Part shown: positions 12,506 through 25,614 of the stretch, piece by piece
Layout: every line of letters starts with the position of its first letter
How positions within the stretch are numbered: the stretch's first letter is position 1
Assembly (NCBI RefSeq): GCF_018350175.1
Contig: NC_058382.1
Coordinates: forward strand, 61,320,001-61,384,000
Origin: Felis catus
Lineage: Eukaryota
Length of the DNA stretch: 64,000 nt
Reading direction: 5' to 3'
Position numbers and translations under genes: made by a program
Notes under the pieces: model-generated
What the model was told of the DNA's origin: nothing
What the model saw: the letters and a program-made list of their open reading frames with translations, nothing else
Databases searched by the model: none

Positions 12506-13281
12506 GTATTTCAGGACCATTTACTGACGCAGCCCACCGGGGGAGTGTGCTGAAAGGGGTGAGGTGACCCTTGTTCGTCTTATGTGAAGACCCCAGAGCA
12601 AACATCTCATTATGGTGGTCAGGACTTCGGGAGTGTGAATGATCCCCTCCGGCAGCAGCGAGTCTGAGGTTCCCACCTCCACACCCCCATGCTCTCTGTC
12701 ACCCCAGGGGAGGAGAACAGAACCCCTGGACACGCCCTGCAGCAGTCTGAGTCCCCCACTCACCATGCAATCCTCCCCACTCTGCCTGGCGGCCTATCCC
12801 TGGGAAACTTGGCCCACCCACCAGGCTGGCTCAGGAAAGCCCCAGCTGGCCCTGGAAAGCCCCAGGAAAGCCCAGCCCACTTCTGGGCTTGCAGCTGGGT
12901 AGCTGGGGTTGGGCTGGATTTGGGGTCAGATGATGGAACAGGAGTGCAGACGAGCCTCCCGGCACCCGTCCCCCGGGGAAGGAATCTGCTCTGGAGGGGA
13001 GGAAGGGACTGACCTCTGGCTGAAATGAGAATATGGCTCTTTCTTGAGGATGACTGACTAGACGGCCTATCCGGAACCCCTTCTAAGCAAGGACGAGGTG
13101 TGGTCATTTCAGCAACGACTGAGTGTGTTTGATTTCATAGCGCTGGTTTCCTGTTACAAAATGCTGCCGGCTCAGGCACCGGTGATGATCCTGTCGTGCA
13201 GGAGGCAGGCGCGTGGGGCCCGCCTCCCTTGTTCTCAGCAGAAGAGGGTGGCCGTGTGTGCGCTGTCCTAAGACCACGATT

Positions 13282-13493
13282 TTTTTCATGTTTATTTATT
13301 TATTTTGAGAGACAGAGAGAGTGTGTGGGTGCACGCCAGGGAGGAGCAGAGAGAGAGAAAGAGAACCCCAAGCAGGCTCTGAACTGTCAGCGCAGAGCCT
13401 GATGCAGGGCTCGATCCCACGAACCATGAGATCATGACCTGAGCCAAAATCAAGAGTCGGACGCTTAACCCACTGAGCCACCCGGGCGTCCCC
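13282..13493 (-). mobile_element. CAN-SINE
   Basis: TSD gaccacgatt at 13272-13281 and 13494-13503. Confidence 0.92.
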
Positions 13494-13583
13494 GACCACG
13501 ATTCTTATATAATTTTTAAAATGGGGTTCTTGTAAATGGTGAGTACAGTAATATCCTCGCACGGTACAAAGAAATCAGTTGTA

Positions 13584-13905
13584 GGGGCACCTGGCTGGCT
13601 CAGTGAGTAGAGCATAACACTCTTGATCTCGGAGTCGTGGGTTCGAGCTCCACGTTGCAGGTAGAGTTGACTTAAAAATAAATAGTGGGGGTGGGGGGGT
13701 GGCTGGGTGGCTCAGTCGGTTAAGCGTCGGCTCTTGACCTCAGCTCAGGTCATGATCTCACAGTTTGTGAGTTTGAGCCCCACGTCAGGCTCTGTGCTGA
13801 CAGTGTGGAGCCTGCTAGGGGTTCTCTCTCTTTCTCTCTCTGCTCCTACCCTGCTCTCTCTCTCTCTCTCTCTCAGAAATAAATAAACATTAAAAATAAA
13901 CAAAC
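13584..13905 (+). mobile_element. Two adjacent CAN-SINEs (short tRNA-like form ~13584-13685, then a full form)
   Basis: ggggcacctggctggctcag...gttcgag...aaaaataaata, then gggtggctcagtcggttaagcg...(CT)n...A-tail. Confidence 0.85.
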
Positions 13906-14125
13906 AAATGGACACCTTAAAGACATTTTTTAGAAAGCAGTTTTAGCAAGCTATGCCTGGGGACATCGCCCCCTGGTAGCCGCTGTCACTGCGTGTTGTG
14001 TGGCCCGGCTGGGCTTTGGTAGGTGCCAACAATCACAAATGTGTCTCCTTTCCCCCGTGTGCATCGCCGTGTGAACAAATCCAGGAGGTTGTTGCACACC
14101 GGCACCTGGAGAGCTCCCACACTTG

Positions 14126-14352
14126 TTTTTTTTTTTAATTTTTTTTAACGTTTTATTTATTTTTGAGACAGAGAGAGACAGAGCATGAGCAGGGGAGGAG
14201 CAGAGAGAGAGAGGGAGACACAGAATCCAAAGCAGGCTCCAGGCTCCGAGCGGCCAGCACAGAGCCCGATGCGGGGCTCAAACTCACAAACTGCGAGATC
14301 ATGACCTGATCCGAAGTCGAATGCTCAACCAACTGAGCCACCCAGGCGCCCC
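14126..14352 (-). mobile_element. Felid CAN-SINE
   Basis: TSD tcccacactt on both flanks. Confidence 0.92.
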
Positions 14353-15170
14353 TCCCACACTTATTAAATACGGTATAGAATACCTGTGCTGTCGTTGTAA
14401 CCACCCCTCCGGGCGGACATTGGCTGTCTCTACTCGTTTGCTCTCAAAATGTGGTAGGTCGTCTCCAGAGGCGACTGCAGAAAATCACTGCCCGCCTCTG
14501 CACGCACGACGCTTGTCCTCTCCTTGTACCACGGCTGCCGTGTGACTTGTTTGGACCAACAGGTTGTGGCAGAAGCGAGGCCGTGTCATTGTAGAAGGTA
14601 CTGCCGCTGGTCTCTAGGAGCCCCGGGCCATCCTGCGGGAAAGAGGCCCCGCCAGGCCTCAGTCACCGGGCCGCCCAGCTAAGGCCGGACACAGAAGAAT
14701 GAAGGCATCTAGGACATGCCAGCCCCAGCCAAGCCCCAGAAGGCAGCCATAGAAACGACCCGGCTGACACCAGGGGGGCAGAAGGAGCGCGAGGCTGGGC
14801 CCAGCTGATCCGCGGCCTCTCGAGGAACGATGGGCTCCGGGTGGTTCTAGACGGGAGCTTTGGCTGGTCTGACTCTCCTCTTACAAACAGCACCTTGTGT
14901 GCGCGTGGCAGAATGAATTTCAGCAAGGTGAATTTCCCAAAGTGGGGCTGCTCGCTCGACGGGCAAATGCAGCCTGGATTTCAATTAACTTTTAGAGTTT
15001 CACCATTTTCGTTAGGAGAACAGCATCTGGGATTAATTTGCCTTTCCCTCATTCTGAGTGAGGTTGAGCATTTTACTCAGATGTTCAAGGGATTTTTTTT
15101 TTTCTGTCATCTTTGGTTTGTGTCCTTTGTCCATTTTCCTGTTGGACTGCTTCCTTTTATTTAAAAAAAA

Positions 15171-15810
15171 TTTTTTTTTTTTTTTAAATTTTTTTTCAAC
15201 GTTTATTTATTTTTGGGGGGACAGAAAGAGACAGAGCATGAACGGGAGAGGGCCAGAGAGAGAGGGAGACACAGAATCGGAAACAGGCTCCAGGCTCTGA
15301 GCCATCAGCCCAGAGCCTGACGCGGGGCTCGAACTCCCGGACCGCGAGATCGTGACCTGGCTGAAGTCGGACGCTTAACCGACTGCGCCACCCAGGCGCC
15401 CCAAAAAAAATTTTTTTTAACGTGTATTTATTTTTGAGACAGAGAGAGACAGAGCATGAATGGGGGAGGGTCAGAGAGAGGGAGACACAGAATCCGAAAC
15501 AGGCTCCAGGCTCCGAGCTGGCAGCACAGAGCCCGACGTGGGGCTCAAACTCACAGACCGCGAGATCATGACCTGAGCTGAAGTCGGCTGCTTAACCGAC
15601 TGAGCCACCCAGGCGCCCCAAGACTGCTTACTTTTAAAAAGCGATTCTAAGGGCGCCTGGGTGGTTCGGTGGGCCGAGCATCTGACTTTGACCAGGTCAT
15701 GACCTCACGGCTCGTGGGTTTGAGCCCCCATTCGCTGATGGCGAGGAGCCTGCTTGGGGTTCTCTCTCTGTTCCTCAAAAATAAATAAATGAACATTAAA
15801 AATATATATT
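15171..15810. mobile_element. Three-SINE cluster: young felid SINE (-, 15171-15402) nested in the tail of an older SINE (-, 15411-15619), then a + SINE (15651-15810), all inside an old antisense L1 fragment
   Basis: TSD aaaaaaaatttttttt at 15163-15178 and 15403-15418; outer TSD-like gactgctt(c/a)ctttta; T-rich L1-like flanks ~14960-16200. Confidence 0.88.
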
Positions 15811-17299
15811 AAAAATATTTTTTCCTAGTTTGTCACTGGTCTTTTATCCTCCCGAGCAGTGTTTTGGCCATGCAATATTTTGTTCTATGTAGGAAATTTA
15901 TCAATATTTTCTCTAATGCCTTCCAGACAGTTAATCTGCCTGTCCTTCTAGTACTTTCTGATTTAATCTCCATTATATAAGCCATTGATCTACTCAGCGT
16001 TTGTAGAACATGAGGTATAAATTCCAACCTGATCCTTTTTTGAATGACTAAGTTGTCGTCCCAACACAACTTATTCAAAGCCCGCTGGTTTGATGGGCTA
16101 CCGTTTCCGTGAAATAACTGTTCGCGTGTAGTTGGGTATCGAGCTTTCCAAACAGCCCTCTGGCTGACACGACCCCATCCTTACCGGTAGCACAGAGCTC
16201 GGCGATGAAGACCCGGTTCCCACGCCCCTCCCTCTCTTTTCGACATTTGATGGACAAAAAAACCACGGATATTCCCCCACATGATAAAGTGGGCAACCAA
16301 AGCCGTGAGCAACCCGTCTACCTACCAATATTTCTGGGGCATATGCCTGGACTGGATATGAGATCGTGATTAGAAAAATTCTGCTCTTGTCTTTAGGGGT
16401 CTTGTCACACTAACAGGAGTTTGAGGGAATATATGGTACAGCAAGGAAGACTTCCTGGAGGTGGGGTCGCCTAACTGAGGCCGGACAGATGAGAAGTCGG
16501 GCAGGCGAGGAGGGAGTGCTGGGGACCCGGCAGGCCTCCACTCCGGCTGGATCGGGAGTGACTGATGGGGAGAACCTGGATGTCAGCCTCCCGCACGTGA
16601 GGAGGTGGCCTCACTGTCTGGCCCCGGTGCTCATGGTGGCATCGATCCCTGTCACCCCACTTCCAGCCACCTGCCTGCTCGGGCGGAGCTGTGGCGAGGT
16701 TGGAACCGCTGTCTGCAGCTCACTGACACTGCGGGAAAGTGCTGAGAGCCGACGCCCCTGCCGCCTGCCCCCCGCACCCCTCCCCTGGAGTCTGGAGTCT
16801 GACCTGGTGTTCTGGGCTCCGGGAGCAGAGTGCCCAGGAGGAGGTACAGCTGCTCGGGTCCCCGAGCCCCCCTGCCCCCCAGCAGACCACACGCAGGCTC
16901 CTCTTCGAGGGCAGAGCAAACGCTAACATCTTTTCTGACAGCTCAAGCCACATCCCCAGGGTGGCTCTGGACCCTCTTAAGGCGCCTGCCTGACAGAACT
17001 CAAGACTGCTCCTGTCATCCGCCCCCTGTGGGCAGGGCCCGTGTCCGGGCTCCGGAGGGAGGGGAAGGTGCTGGGGGGGCAGGGGCAGGCAGACACAGGT
17101 GGTCTCACGGAACTGAGCCCCTCTCCCTTCCCTGTTTTTAAATGTGGTAACTTTTAATAACAGACTTTAGTCACACGCGTCACATAAAACACGGATCCCC
17201 TACGGCTTCAGGACAAAAGGTACAGGGAGCGCATCGAGTTTTAAGGCCTTAGTTTCCGTGTTCTGTAGTTTCTACCACTGTCCTGAGCAACGAAACTGC

Positions 17300-17800
17300 C
17301 CGAACAGCTTGCTTCTCTACCACAGCAGACGGCAGCTGGAGCACTTAGACCAGAGAATATTCAAACCAGAAGAAGCGTCCCTCTGTTTTTCCCCTGAGCC
17401 TTTTGCGAAACTAGAACAAAATTCTAAATGATTCAAGGTTCCAGCTTGGTGGCGGTGCTGTTCTGAGTCACCGCGAGGTGTGCACGCGGGGCACGCTTGT
17501 GTCAGGCACCGGGGACCTCAGGCTTGCGGGATTCTCACACACCCCCATGTGCCCTTTTTGCCCACTACTGCGGCAAATGCGTTTGGGGGGCCCCTCCCGC
17601 TTTTTGGAAATTTCTACATGCCTGACCCCCGAGCCCCGCCCGCCCCTCCCTGCCTGTCCTTCAGCCTGCAAGATGCCGTCTCTCTGCACAAACCAAAGTG
17701 GGGCTCCTTCCCCCCAGTTCTTTTCCCTCGTGCAATAGTCACGGACTGAAGTCCGTCCTGCACGGCTGAACGAGCTTCTGGCTGTGTCTGTCTCCGAAAT
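17300..17800 (+). mobile_element. Possible ERV1 (MER34-like) solo LTR
   Basis: 3' end ccctcgtgcaatagtc...gaagtccgtcctgcacggctgaac...ctggctgtgtctgtctccgaaa resembles the MER34-family U5 as I remember it. Boundaries uncertain. Confidence 0.4.
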
Positions 17801-20800
17801 GTGCTTGGCTGGCAGGCTGCACTCTGCCATCGGTCCCTGTTTACTGGGGATTTAATCCAGCTGTTTTCACTCTAAATGGGGCTGCAGGCAGGAAACAGAG
17901 CCCAGCCCAGCGAGCCGACACACGTTCTTGTTTTTCTTGCCTGGCCCCTCCTGCAGTGGCTGAGCAGAGAAGGCCCAGCCCCAAGCTGGGCAGGTAGGAA
18001 GCCGGGCAGGCGCTCACGTCCCTCACTTGAACAGAAGATAGAGGCCGGCAGCTGTGCCCCACAGCTCGGCTTGAGGTCGCCTGAAGGAGCAGATATGTTC
18101 AGGAGGAATTATTGGAGACAAAAGGTCAAATCGGAGTCCAATGTCCCGGGAACAAGAGGGAAACAAACAGAACATTCCCCAGAGCAAGCACAGAGGGGAG
18201 GCAGAGGCTCTCTCCTGGGAGGCGTGTCCTCCAGAGGGGCTGCCGGCCCTCGGGACCCCGCGACGCAGTGACATTCTAGCACCCCTGAACACATCCGTCC
18301 CCACTGAGCACGAGCTCCTGTAGGTGGGTCTCCTCAGGGTCACTTCTGCTGCTGGGTATCGGGCGTGGGAGTGACTGAGAGGCCCCCCAGTACAGCCCCT
18401 GTTCCCCGTTTCACTGTCACCACACTATGGGTGGAAATTCGGGAGAGATGCTGGGGCCCAGTGAGGCAGAGATGCCCATGCAGGCCTCCCTCCAAGTGTC
18501 TTGGGACTTGGCACAGCTGAGGGACGTGATCCTGCTCGGACAACCGCACTGACAGGGCCCGCCCTCCCGGGGAGAAACGCGTCCCTTCCTTCCCCGGTGG
18601 GCTGCTGCCCACCCTCCCCGTGCACCCCGCACCCCTGCCTTTGTTCCCCAGAGTCTGCAGACTTGTCTTTGACTGGAGGAGGGTAGGGAGTAAGCCTAGT
18701 CACCATATGTGTCCAGGTATCTCCCTGTAGCAACATGGTGACAGTTCTGGCCATTGACAAGGGGCCCTCCAAGGGGGGGGGGCATTTAATGGCGTGTGTG
18801 TGACCCTGCCTTCCGTCCGCCCATCCGGTTCTCTCAGACCCGCTCTTTCCCCTCCCCTCCCCCACTCCTCCTTGCCCACATTCAGAGACCCAGGGCCAAC
18901 GGGGCATTTTCTCCATCCTGGGGAGAGGCCTGGGAAGGCAGGCAGGTGGCTGGAGTTGGAGCCTGGCCCAGCTGTGAGGTCCTGAGGAGGGGCTGGCCCG
19001 GGCCAGAAGAGCCCCTGGTGGGGACACACCTGTGTCCCCTAGGCCTCAGTGAGCAGGCTGGGGGTCAGTAGGGTGCCGCTGCCTAGGGGATTTCTGTCCA
19101 GAACTTCGTACCTGCTCCTGGAGCCCAGTCTCAGCAGGACACAGCCAGGAGACGAGTGGCCTTGGAAATGGAATTCTAGAAGGTAGGAGAGCTGTGGTCA
19201 GCCCCGTCATTTGGAGACAGCAAACAGGCTCGCCTGACGTGTCTTTGAGTCAAGAGCCCCTCTGTATTGTTCTTAGGACGAGGTCCAGACCCACTGAGGC
19301 TGGCTAGGCTCCTGAGGCCCCTCCAGCCTACGCCTTCCTACATCTCCTCTGTGCCGCAAATGTTCCGACCTCGCTACCTGCCCTTCAGGCTTCAATCGAC
19401 TGGCTCCTTCCTCCAGGAAGTCTTCCTGTCCTGGGATTCTGCCTGGCGGAGAGCAGGGTCCCTGCCCTGCCCACTGCTGTCTCTCCACCAGGCGGAAAGG
19501 GCTTGTTGAATTAATGAAGGCGTGAATGGAAAGCAAAGCGGCCCGCAGAATGTTCTGCCCTCATGAGGCAGAACCAGACCTTCCTGCAACAGTAACTCAC
19601 AAAATAGAGTCAAAATATGCTCAGGACATATTCTTTGCCTCTAATGTAGTCTGAGTCTTTTGTCTTCCCTTTGGAAGCAAGGACATTTTCTGGAGCATAG
19701 CAGCCCATGGTCACCTGGCTTGAAGCTGAGGACCTGGGATGGGTGGGCTCTGAGCCCCCCGCCAGGGACCCTGCCTGGCTGGTCACTGGGGCCTGCTCCT
19801 CCCACCTTGGCCCGGGCCGCCTCCCTCCTGAAGACCTAACACAGTCAGCAGTGACCCCTAAGGACAGCATGCCTTCCAGTCCCTTCGTGTCCCCTTGGAA
19901 TTACTGTCTCAGTCAGTTCTACATCATGTGAAATCATGGTTTAAAGATTACTTATTTAATAAGGAGTCTATCACTTTTCCTTTTCTCACCCAGTCTCCTC
20001 TTTCCTTGGACATCTCTGTCACAAATCCTGGGAGGGGACAGAGTTGAACTCCCTGCGTATGAAGGGGAGAGGACCTCAGGGGCCTCCCCGAACATCTTAG
20101 GGAGAGAGGGACAGGCACAGTAGGAGCCAGGGTCCGGGGCTCAGGGCCGTGTGTGGGGACAGGTGGGTGTGAGCCAGGCCAGCGGGCGGGGCGAAACTGC
20201 CTGGTGCCCGGGGAGCTTGGAAGTGGCAACATTCATATACGGTAGAGCTGTTTTCAGGGGGCGGAGGCTAACGCAACGCGTGGAGCCTCCCCTGGGATTC
20301 AGAATTGTCCCTGACCTGCGTCCCGCCCCAAGGAGGTAGCCGGTGCTTTGGTGTCATGGGCAGGAGGGAACGTTTGGTGCCCCTGACATGCGGGTGTCTC
20401 CCAGACATGCCCCTGGGAGCACAGAGCCTCGGTCTCCTGTCTGTAGAAGGGCAGACTCACCGAAGGTCCTGATGGGTCCACATGACACATCCGAGTGTGG
20501 CACCCACCAGGAACAGGGGCACAGGGATGGTTCCGGGAAGCCACAGAGAGTGGCCTCCGTGTAACCAGGGGCTCCCGGGCACCCGGGGGACAGGGCAGGC
20601 AGGGGCGGTCCGGGCCCCCTTCTCCTCTCATACTGTCCTGAGTGGTAACTCAAGGTTGCACTGCTCTGGAACCCTGTGTTCCGGGCACGTGTCCACCATG
20701 GCCCAGTTTCCAGAGCTGGGAAAGGGGGTTACCAGCACCTGAGCGGCAGTCCTGGGCCCCCGGGGTCTGCAGGGTGCTGACCCCACCCGGTCACCTCCTG

Positions 20801-22789
20801 GGCCACACCTGCAGGAGCCCACCCGGCCGACAGAGGACAGCAGCAGAAGGTGGCAGGGGGGTGGTCAGGGACACCTGGGGCTTGTGCCTGAGGGGTGAGG
20901 GTGTGAGGGGGACTGAGCCTGAGCCCCTGGCCAGGACCCAGAGTGTCTGCCAGCCTCGGGTCAACCTTAGGGCTTCCGGCCCATTTCACAAATGGGACCC
21001 AGAGGTCCCCACACGTAGTGCTCAAGAGTGCCTGAGCACTTCACACGCGTCTTCCTCGAATCTACAGTGTCCCCGTGCCGGGCACGGTTTTCCCCACTTT
21101 ATCGTCCAGGGGCCGAGGCCAGCAGGCCGCCCGCTACGGCGGGGCTCAGTGACCATGCTGGGAGGTGGAGCCATCCAGGGGATGACCAGGGCTGCCCTGT
21201 CACTGTGCTAGAACAAGGGGCTATGGATGTGGGGCCGCGCCCAGGACCGTCGGCCTCTCAGGACCTGGATCTGCTGGCCGAACAGCTGGTGAGGCGGCCT
21301 CACCCCTGCGGGAGGCGCCCTCAGCTAGGGCCTCCAGCACCGTGGCGGTCTCAGAATGGAGGGCTGGCCTCAGAATTGAGAACCCAGCAACCCTGGACCC
21401 GGCACGGCGCGCAGCCTTGAAAGTTACCCACAGGTGTCTCCTACCCTCAAACACGCCAAGCCCAGCAGCCACCTGAAGACACCTGAACGTCCTTTATGGG
21501 GAACTCCGTCCACCTGGTGGCGTGGCCACAGGCGGCTCAGAGCCCACGCAGGGACAGCTGGTATTTACAGGCTTGAACAGCATTTGCGATCTGCCGACCC
21601 CACTCCTCTGTCCTCATTAACTGGTCTCCTATACTCTCTTTCCAGAAGCTGAGGACACGGCAGAGAGGGTGAACAAAACCGGGTGGGCTGGAGCCTCCGG
21701 GAGGCCCAGAGGACACGCAGCCCTCCTCCACCTTCCCCGGAGGAGAGCCGTGCTCCGCCCCCCCACTCCGGACCACTTACCGGCGCGCCCTCCCAGCTCT
21801 GCCCTCAGCTTGGATCCCTATCTCTGTCAGAGCCCCCTCCTCGGTCCAGATCCGCCCCCCCACTCCCGCCCAGACCCCAGGCCTCATCACTGAGACGCGT
21901 TTCTCTAAGTCCGGTATGAACCCTCCACACGGTGCCTGACTAAGGGGCTGCTCCTGTTCAGAGTCAGGTGACTGTGGCACAGGAGGGTCCCACAGCCAGG
22001 GCAGAGGGCGGGCCGGAGCAAGGGAGCAGGGGGCTGTGCCCGCCACTGTGTCCCTGCCTTGGGCTGCTGGGACCCAGCGTGGGCCCAGCTGCGTGGCCCC
22101 TGCCCTGTGGGGTCGGGACAACTTGCTGCCCGCCAGAGGGAGTCCTCCAGCGTATGTCCCCCAGCCCAGCCTCAGAGTTCTGAATCCACTTGGTGAAGGC
22201 ATCCCCCAGCTAGCCCAGGCCCTACACAGATCTTCCCGATTTCTAAAGTCCCCAAGCTCTGCCAGAGGACGTTCTGATTCATGATTGTTTTTGATCCTCT
22301 GATAGCTGGGAATGTGGGGGAGATACCCTCCCCCTGCGACACGCACGGATACCAGGGCCCCCAGCCTCTGGGCAGGCGAGGGCCAACCCTCTTCCTGTAC
22401 TGGGCACAGAAGGTCCCTCTCGACCCTGGGGAATGAGGACACTGGGCAGAGGCTAGGGGGCAGGGACAAAGTATCCGAGTGGGAATCCCCAGTCGGGGTG
22501 AGCTTGGTGGGAGGGTTCTGGGTGCCCTCCGAGCCTCCAGCCCCCAGCACCCTCCCGACGATCCTCCCACCTGACGTCGACGCCCTGCCTGACAGCACCC
22601 CCACATCACTGTCTGGGGGACCCTGCTTCCTCATCACTCAATGCAGTGCTGCCTGCCTGGGCCCAGGGGTGGGGGTGGATGGCCAAATGCGCACGCCTGA
22701 CTGAGGCCTCATGTAGAAACTACAACCAGCTGACATGTGTAAGACATTAAGCCCCTGGGTCCTGCTCTCGTGGAGTGGTGCATTGCGGA

Positions 22790-22961
22790 GGCCCCCGGGG
22801 GAATTTGTTTTTAAAGAGGTGGCTTTTTATGTGAGAGGGAAGCTGGGTGGAGAGCTCGAGGGAGGGAGGGACGAACTTAAGTAAAACAGAAACAACCCCC
22901 AGCCCTCATGAGCTGGAAGCGGCGAGCAAGCAGCAGAGGCAGACGCGCCGTCCTGTCCACA
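22790..22961 (+). other. DPEP1: Candidate non-coding first exon / promoter of DPEP1
   Basis: gaggtggct...ggagagctc...gaactt...cagaaacaacccccagcc resembles the human DPEP1 5'UTR as I recall it; donor ca|gtgagt at 22961/22962; ~7.6 kb upstream of the first coding exon. Confidence 0.5.
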
Positions 22962-23859
22962 GTGAGTCCCAGGAGCCTGGGAACTGGGCTGGGGCCAGGG
23001 TTCTAAGGGGTCCAGGAGACTTGTCTCCTTCCACCGCCGGAGAGCCACCTGGTTGGGGTGCGTTCCCTAGTGGATGCCTGCTGTATGCCCAGTGAGGCCT
23101 CTGAGCCAGACCTGGGGAGAGACAGACAAGTTCAGCCACACCTGAGACGTGAGCACACTGGGAGTGGGGGACGGGAAGGGCCCAACGGGCTGGGGGCCGG
23201 GGCTCCTGGGAAAGAGGAGGGGAAGAGGAGCAGGGGACCCGGTGCCAGCAGATGGACAAGAACGTCACTTTTGAGGTGCGAGAGGTGGTGAGACAAGGCC
23301 AGAGCCCCCTTCCCAGCTGAGGCTAAGGGGCCAGGACCTCGTAGGAGCGTCTTGGGGGAAGCCCCTGAGGGAGGGACCCAATTCTGTGTGGACGGTGGGT
23401 CGCGAGGCCCAGAACAGTGGGGGCAGCCCTCAGGGTCTTGTGGTCTCCCCGGGGGAGTAGGGGACGAGACAGGACCAGGAGGGCTGTGGCAAGTCCACCA
23501 GCCCGAAGACAACTCCCAAGGGTGGGCAGACACAGGTGTCGTCTGTGAGGAGACTGGGGAGTGAGGGTTTGGGGGGCACAGAGGTCAGTGTGGTGGCCTC
23601 GTAGCTGGGCCTGGGAGGCTGAGGGGCTTGAGGACGCCCCGATCCAGGGTAGCCTGGGACAATGGCTGGAGCTGCCCTTGTACCCCAAGCTCTCCCGGGG
23701 ACGTGTCACCTGCTCCGTCCTCCCTCCGAGCTGATTGGGGGCCACCGCGTACCGGGCTCCAAGGGTGGCCACGGGCTGAGGGCAGTGCCGCGTGCGCTGA
23801 GGCGAGTGTGGGGGCCAGGTGGCGCACACCGACTCAAAGACCGGCCTGCGCTGAGCATG

Positions 23860-24350
23860 CGGGTGCATCATCACCGACACGTGCCGACGTCTGGGTGTGA
23901 GTGGGCTTCTGTCCAGCGCTTGCGTGTGTGTCCGTACGTGCACACGCCCGGGTAGCCGAGTGTCTGCTGACCACGTGAGTGCGCTACAGGTCCGCAGGTG
24001 CGGCCGTAGGATGAGTCCAAGCGTTCTCGCCCCTGCGGTTCGTGCGCGAGTGTGTGGGTCACGAGTCCATTTGTGCGGACGCAGTGACGTCTCGATGTGG
24101 ATGGGGTCTGCGCGAGTTTGCTACGAGTGCTGTGTGTGGGCGATCGGACACGGTGTTCGCATGCGCGTGAGGGGTGTGTGTCTCTAGCTGTGCGTGTGTA
24201 CGTGGGATGTGTCGGGCTGTTTTTCCCGTGTGTGTGTGTGGGTGTGAATGCACGCGCACACGGCGGGTGCGTGGCAGGCTGCGTTCCGCGTGTCGGTGCG
24301 TGCGTTCCTCTGCTTGCTCACGCGCCACGGCCTGTGTGTCCATGCGGGAT
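23860..24350. repeat. TG/CG-rich low-complexity tract
   Basis: Many gtgtgt/gcgtgt/gtgcgc alternating purine-pyrimidine runs. Confidence 0.75.
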
Positions 24351-24748
24351 GGTGGGTCACGGGTCTTGGGACCTCCGTGCTGCTGCGAACTACCTCCCTT
24401 GGAAGGTTGGAGGCGTGAGCGCGGGAGAAACTTTGGTGGGGGGCTCTCTTGGGCCCCACATCATGATGCTGTTTTGCTGGAAGAGGCTTTGGTGAGCTTC
24501 AGCTGATAATTCATTCCCCGGTGCTTCTGAGGGGACCTGATGCCTCTAGTGCTCGTGGCCCCCTGGGTGTCTGGGCAGGCGGCTTGCAAGGAGGTTCTGC
24601 CAACCCGCTGGGCCCTGATGGTGACCGGGAAGGCTGTAGCACCACCAGTGTGACCGCCCTGCGGCTCAGGCTGGGACTCAACAGCACTGTTCCCTTGCCA
24701 CGTGTTTATTTTCAGTGCATTCTTTCTTTTCTTTTTCTTCTTTTTTAA

Positions 24749-25431
24749 ATTTAATTAATTAATTAATTAATTTACATCCAAGTTAGCATCTAGTGCAACA
24801 GTGATTTCAGGAGTAGATTCCTTAGTGCCCTTACCCATTTAGCCCATCCCCCCTCCCACACCCCCTCCAGTAACCCTCTGTTTGTTCTCCTTATTTATGA
24901 GTCTCTTCTGTTTTGTTCCCCTCCCTGTTTTTATTTTATTTTCGTTTCCCTTCCCTTATGTTCATCTGTTCTGTGTCTTAAAGTTCTCGTATGAGTGAAG
25001 TCCTAGGATATCTCTCTTTCTCTGACTGACTAATTTCACTTGGCATAATACCCTCCAGTTCCATCCACGTAGTTGCAAATGGCAAGATTTCATTCTTTTT
25101 GATTGCCAAGTAATACTCCATTTATATCTATACCACATCTTCTTTATCCATTCATCCATCGTTGGACATTTGGGCTCTTTCCATACTTTGGCTATTGTCG
25201 ATAGTCCTGCTATAAACATTGGGGTGCACGTGCCCCTTCGAAACAGCATACCTGTATCCCTTGGATAGATTCCTAGTAGTGAGATTGCTGGGTCCTAGGG
25301 TAGTTCTATTTTTAGTTTTTTGAGGAACCTCCAGACTGTTTTCCAGAGCGGCTGCACCAGCTTGCATTCCCACCAACAATGCAAAAGAGTTCCTCTTTCT
25401 CCACATCCTCGCCAACATCTGTTGTCGCCTG
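24749..25431 (-). mobile_element. 5'-truncated carnivore LINE-1 (ORF2 C-terminus plus 3'UTR)
   Basis: Minus-strand translation contains GTCTPMFIAGLSTIAKVWKEPKCP...DEWIKKMWY (L1 ORF2p C-terminus); (TTAA)n tail at ~24750. Confidence 0.95.
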
Positions 25432-25614
25432 TGCCTCGTGCAGTCTGCCACGGCCAGGGGTTCGAACCCAGGACTGTCTGTTTCTGAAGTGTGTGCTGTT
25501 CACAAAGGCCTGACCTCCCTCCTCACAGTGAACCTTAAAAACGAATGGCCTGGGCCAGGCCAGCCCCTGGCTCTGCCTGAACCACTACAACATGACGATG
25601 AGAAAGACAGCCGC

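Noticed and set aside
13584..13685. tRNA-like A/B boxes (also at 53641-53741)
   Set aside because: These are short tRNA-derived CAN-SINEs with A-rich tails, not tRNA genes.
21510..21522. CTCF-like CCACCTGGTGGCG
   Set aside because: Mismatch at a core position; cannot be supported without a PWM or ChIP data.
21777..22637. 286-aa minus-strand ORF
   Set aside because: No domain or coding signature; expected by chance in GC-rich DNA.
24962..25503. ORFs with real protein similarity
   Set aside because: Frameshifted LINE-1 ORF2 C-terminal remnants, not a host gene.
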